The notes under the pieces: generated by a model | The model's database searches: none | Told to the model about the DNA's origin: nothing | The model's input: the letters and a program-made list of their open reading frames with translations, nothing else | Part shown: positions 62,993 to 64,000 of the stretch, one piece after another | Position numbering within the stretch: position 1 is the stretch's first letter | Layout of the letters: each line of letters opens with the position of its first letter | Origin: Octopus sinensis | Taxonomy: Eukaryota | Direction of reading: 5' to 3' | DNA length: 64,000 bases | Assembly: GCF_006345805.1 (NCBI RefSeq) | Contig: NC_043000.1 | Span: 110,112,001 to 110,176,000, forward strand | Translations under genes and position numbers: made by a program

Positions 62993-64000
62993 ATATTATA
63001 TGGTATTTGATATACCCGTATTTGTCAGTGTTGTTTAAATACTACTGGCCACCCTGGGTTGCTTCTCTTAGCTTGTATTTGTTTAAATTATGCAAAAACT
63101 GAACCCACGTCCTAAACATTCAACCTTTTTCATTTTCAGGCTAAACAACATGTAGCAATTGTAGTAGTAGTAGTACAACATGTAGCAGCAGTAGTAGTAG
63201 TAATAGTAGTAGTAGAAGATGCTGACAATGACAGTGCTGAAGACAACAGTGATGATTCCCAGCATCAACATAGATTTGGTCTGAGTACATGTTTGACCTG
63301 CTGTAAGTTTATGTTTAATCACACACGCACAAAGGATCTTGACACAAATGACAAATGACAGATTCATAAACAAATCCCCAAATTTCTTCACCCCTCCCCC
63401 ACACTCACCCCTACTTTGGGCAAACACCACGTGTGTGTGTTGCAAGATGCTAAGTAAACAAACAATTTCTTTATTTCTTTAAATAAAGCAAAAGACAAGA
63501 GGAAGCCATTGAGAGACGTAACAACAATAAATGATGACTAATTAGAAAGTCGTATTAATGACCTAATTAGTGGTGGGGGTAGAAGCATCAACAAAAAGCC
63601 AGTGTTTAGGGTATGAAGTGGGTAGTGTAGAAAAAAATAGAGGTCTGCTGTCTTTGCTAAAAAGACAGACATTTTTTACTGAATCCCAAATGGAGGCTTT
63701 CAGATGTATGTTTTGATGTGTGATGGTGTCTGGAATTGAAACCTGGGTAGTAGTGAAGGTGAAAACACTTTAAATGAATGTAGGGGCCCAATTCTATGTA
63801 TGTTGTGGTTTGCTGTCCATAAATAAATACTACAGGACCCAGTGCTCTGATTTGTCCAGGGCCCTATAATGCAGTTGAGACAGACCTGTATGTAATGTAA
63901 ACAGCACTTGAAACACATTTAAGGGGGGAAAAGTGTGAATAAGACAGACAGATAATGCATGCAGCATGGAGTAAAAGCAGTGAGCTGGGGGTAGAAGTGA

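Noticed and set aside
63083-63445. Minus ORF with a hydrophobic stretch and poly-Tyr
   Set aside because: Driven by (TAG/CTA)n microsatellite; no supporting context

Overview
AT-rich eukaryotic (animal) DNA packed with microsatellites and transposon remnants. The repeat repertoire matches my recollection of octopus (coleoid cephalopod) genomes; this assignment is an inference and was not searched. There is no long ORF, no intact RNA gene and no CRISPR array. Most of the window consists of: RTE-clade LINE remnants (one RT-bearing copy at 1847-3530 plus many 3'-UTR-only copies ending in (GAT)n); at least four tRNA-headed SINE families; a same-strand stack of R4/Dong-like LINE 3' ends at 52-57 kb; a decayed Tigger/pogo transposase; Helitron/Helentron and piggyBac/hAT/Tc1-type non-autonomous elements; and several long fold-back palindromes. 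Short segments with strong splice signals and open frames on the minus strand suggest the window is largely intron of one or two unidentified minus-strand genes. The most notable observations are (i) a tRNA-headed SINE carrying a complete minimal type I hammerhead ribozyme (36793-36838), with related hammerhead-like motifs in several other, mostly fold-back, repeats, and (ii) a tandemly amplified 26-nt H-type pseudoknot unit in the RTE 3' UTR. All structures were read by eye and need folding, covariance-model and experimental confirmation.
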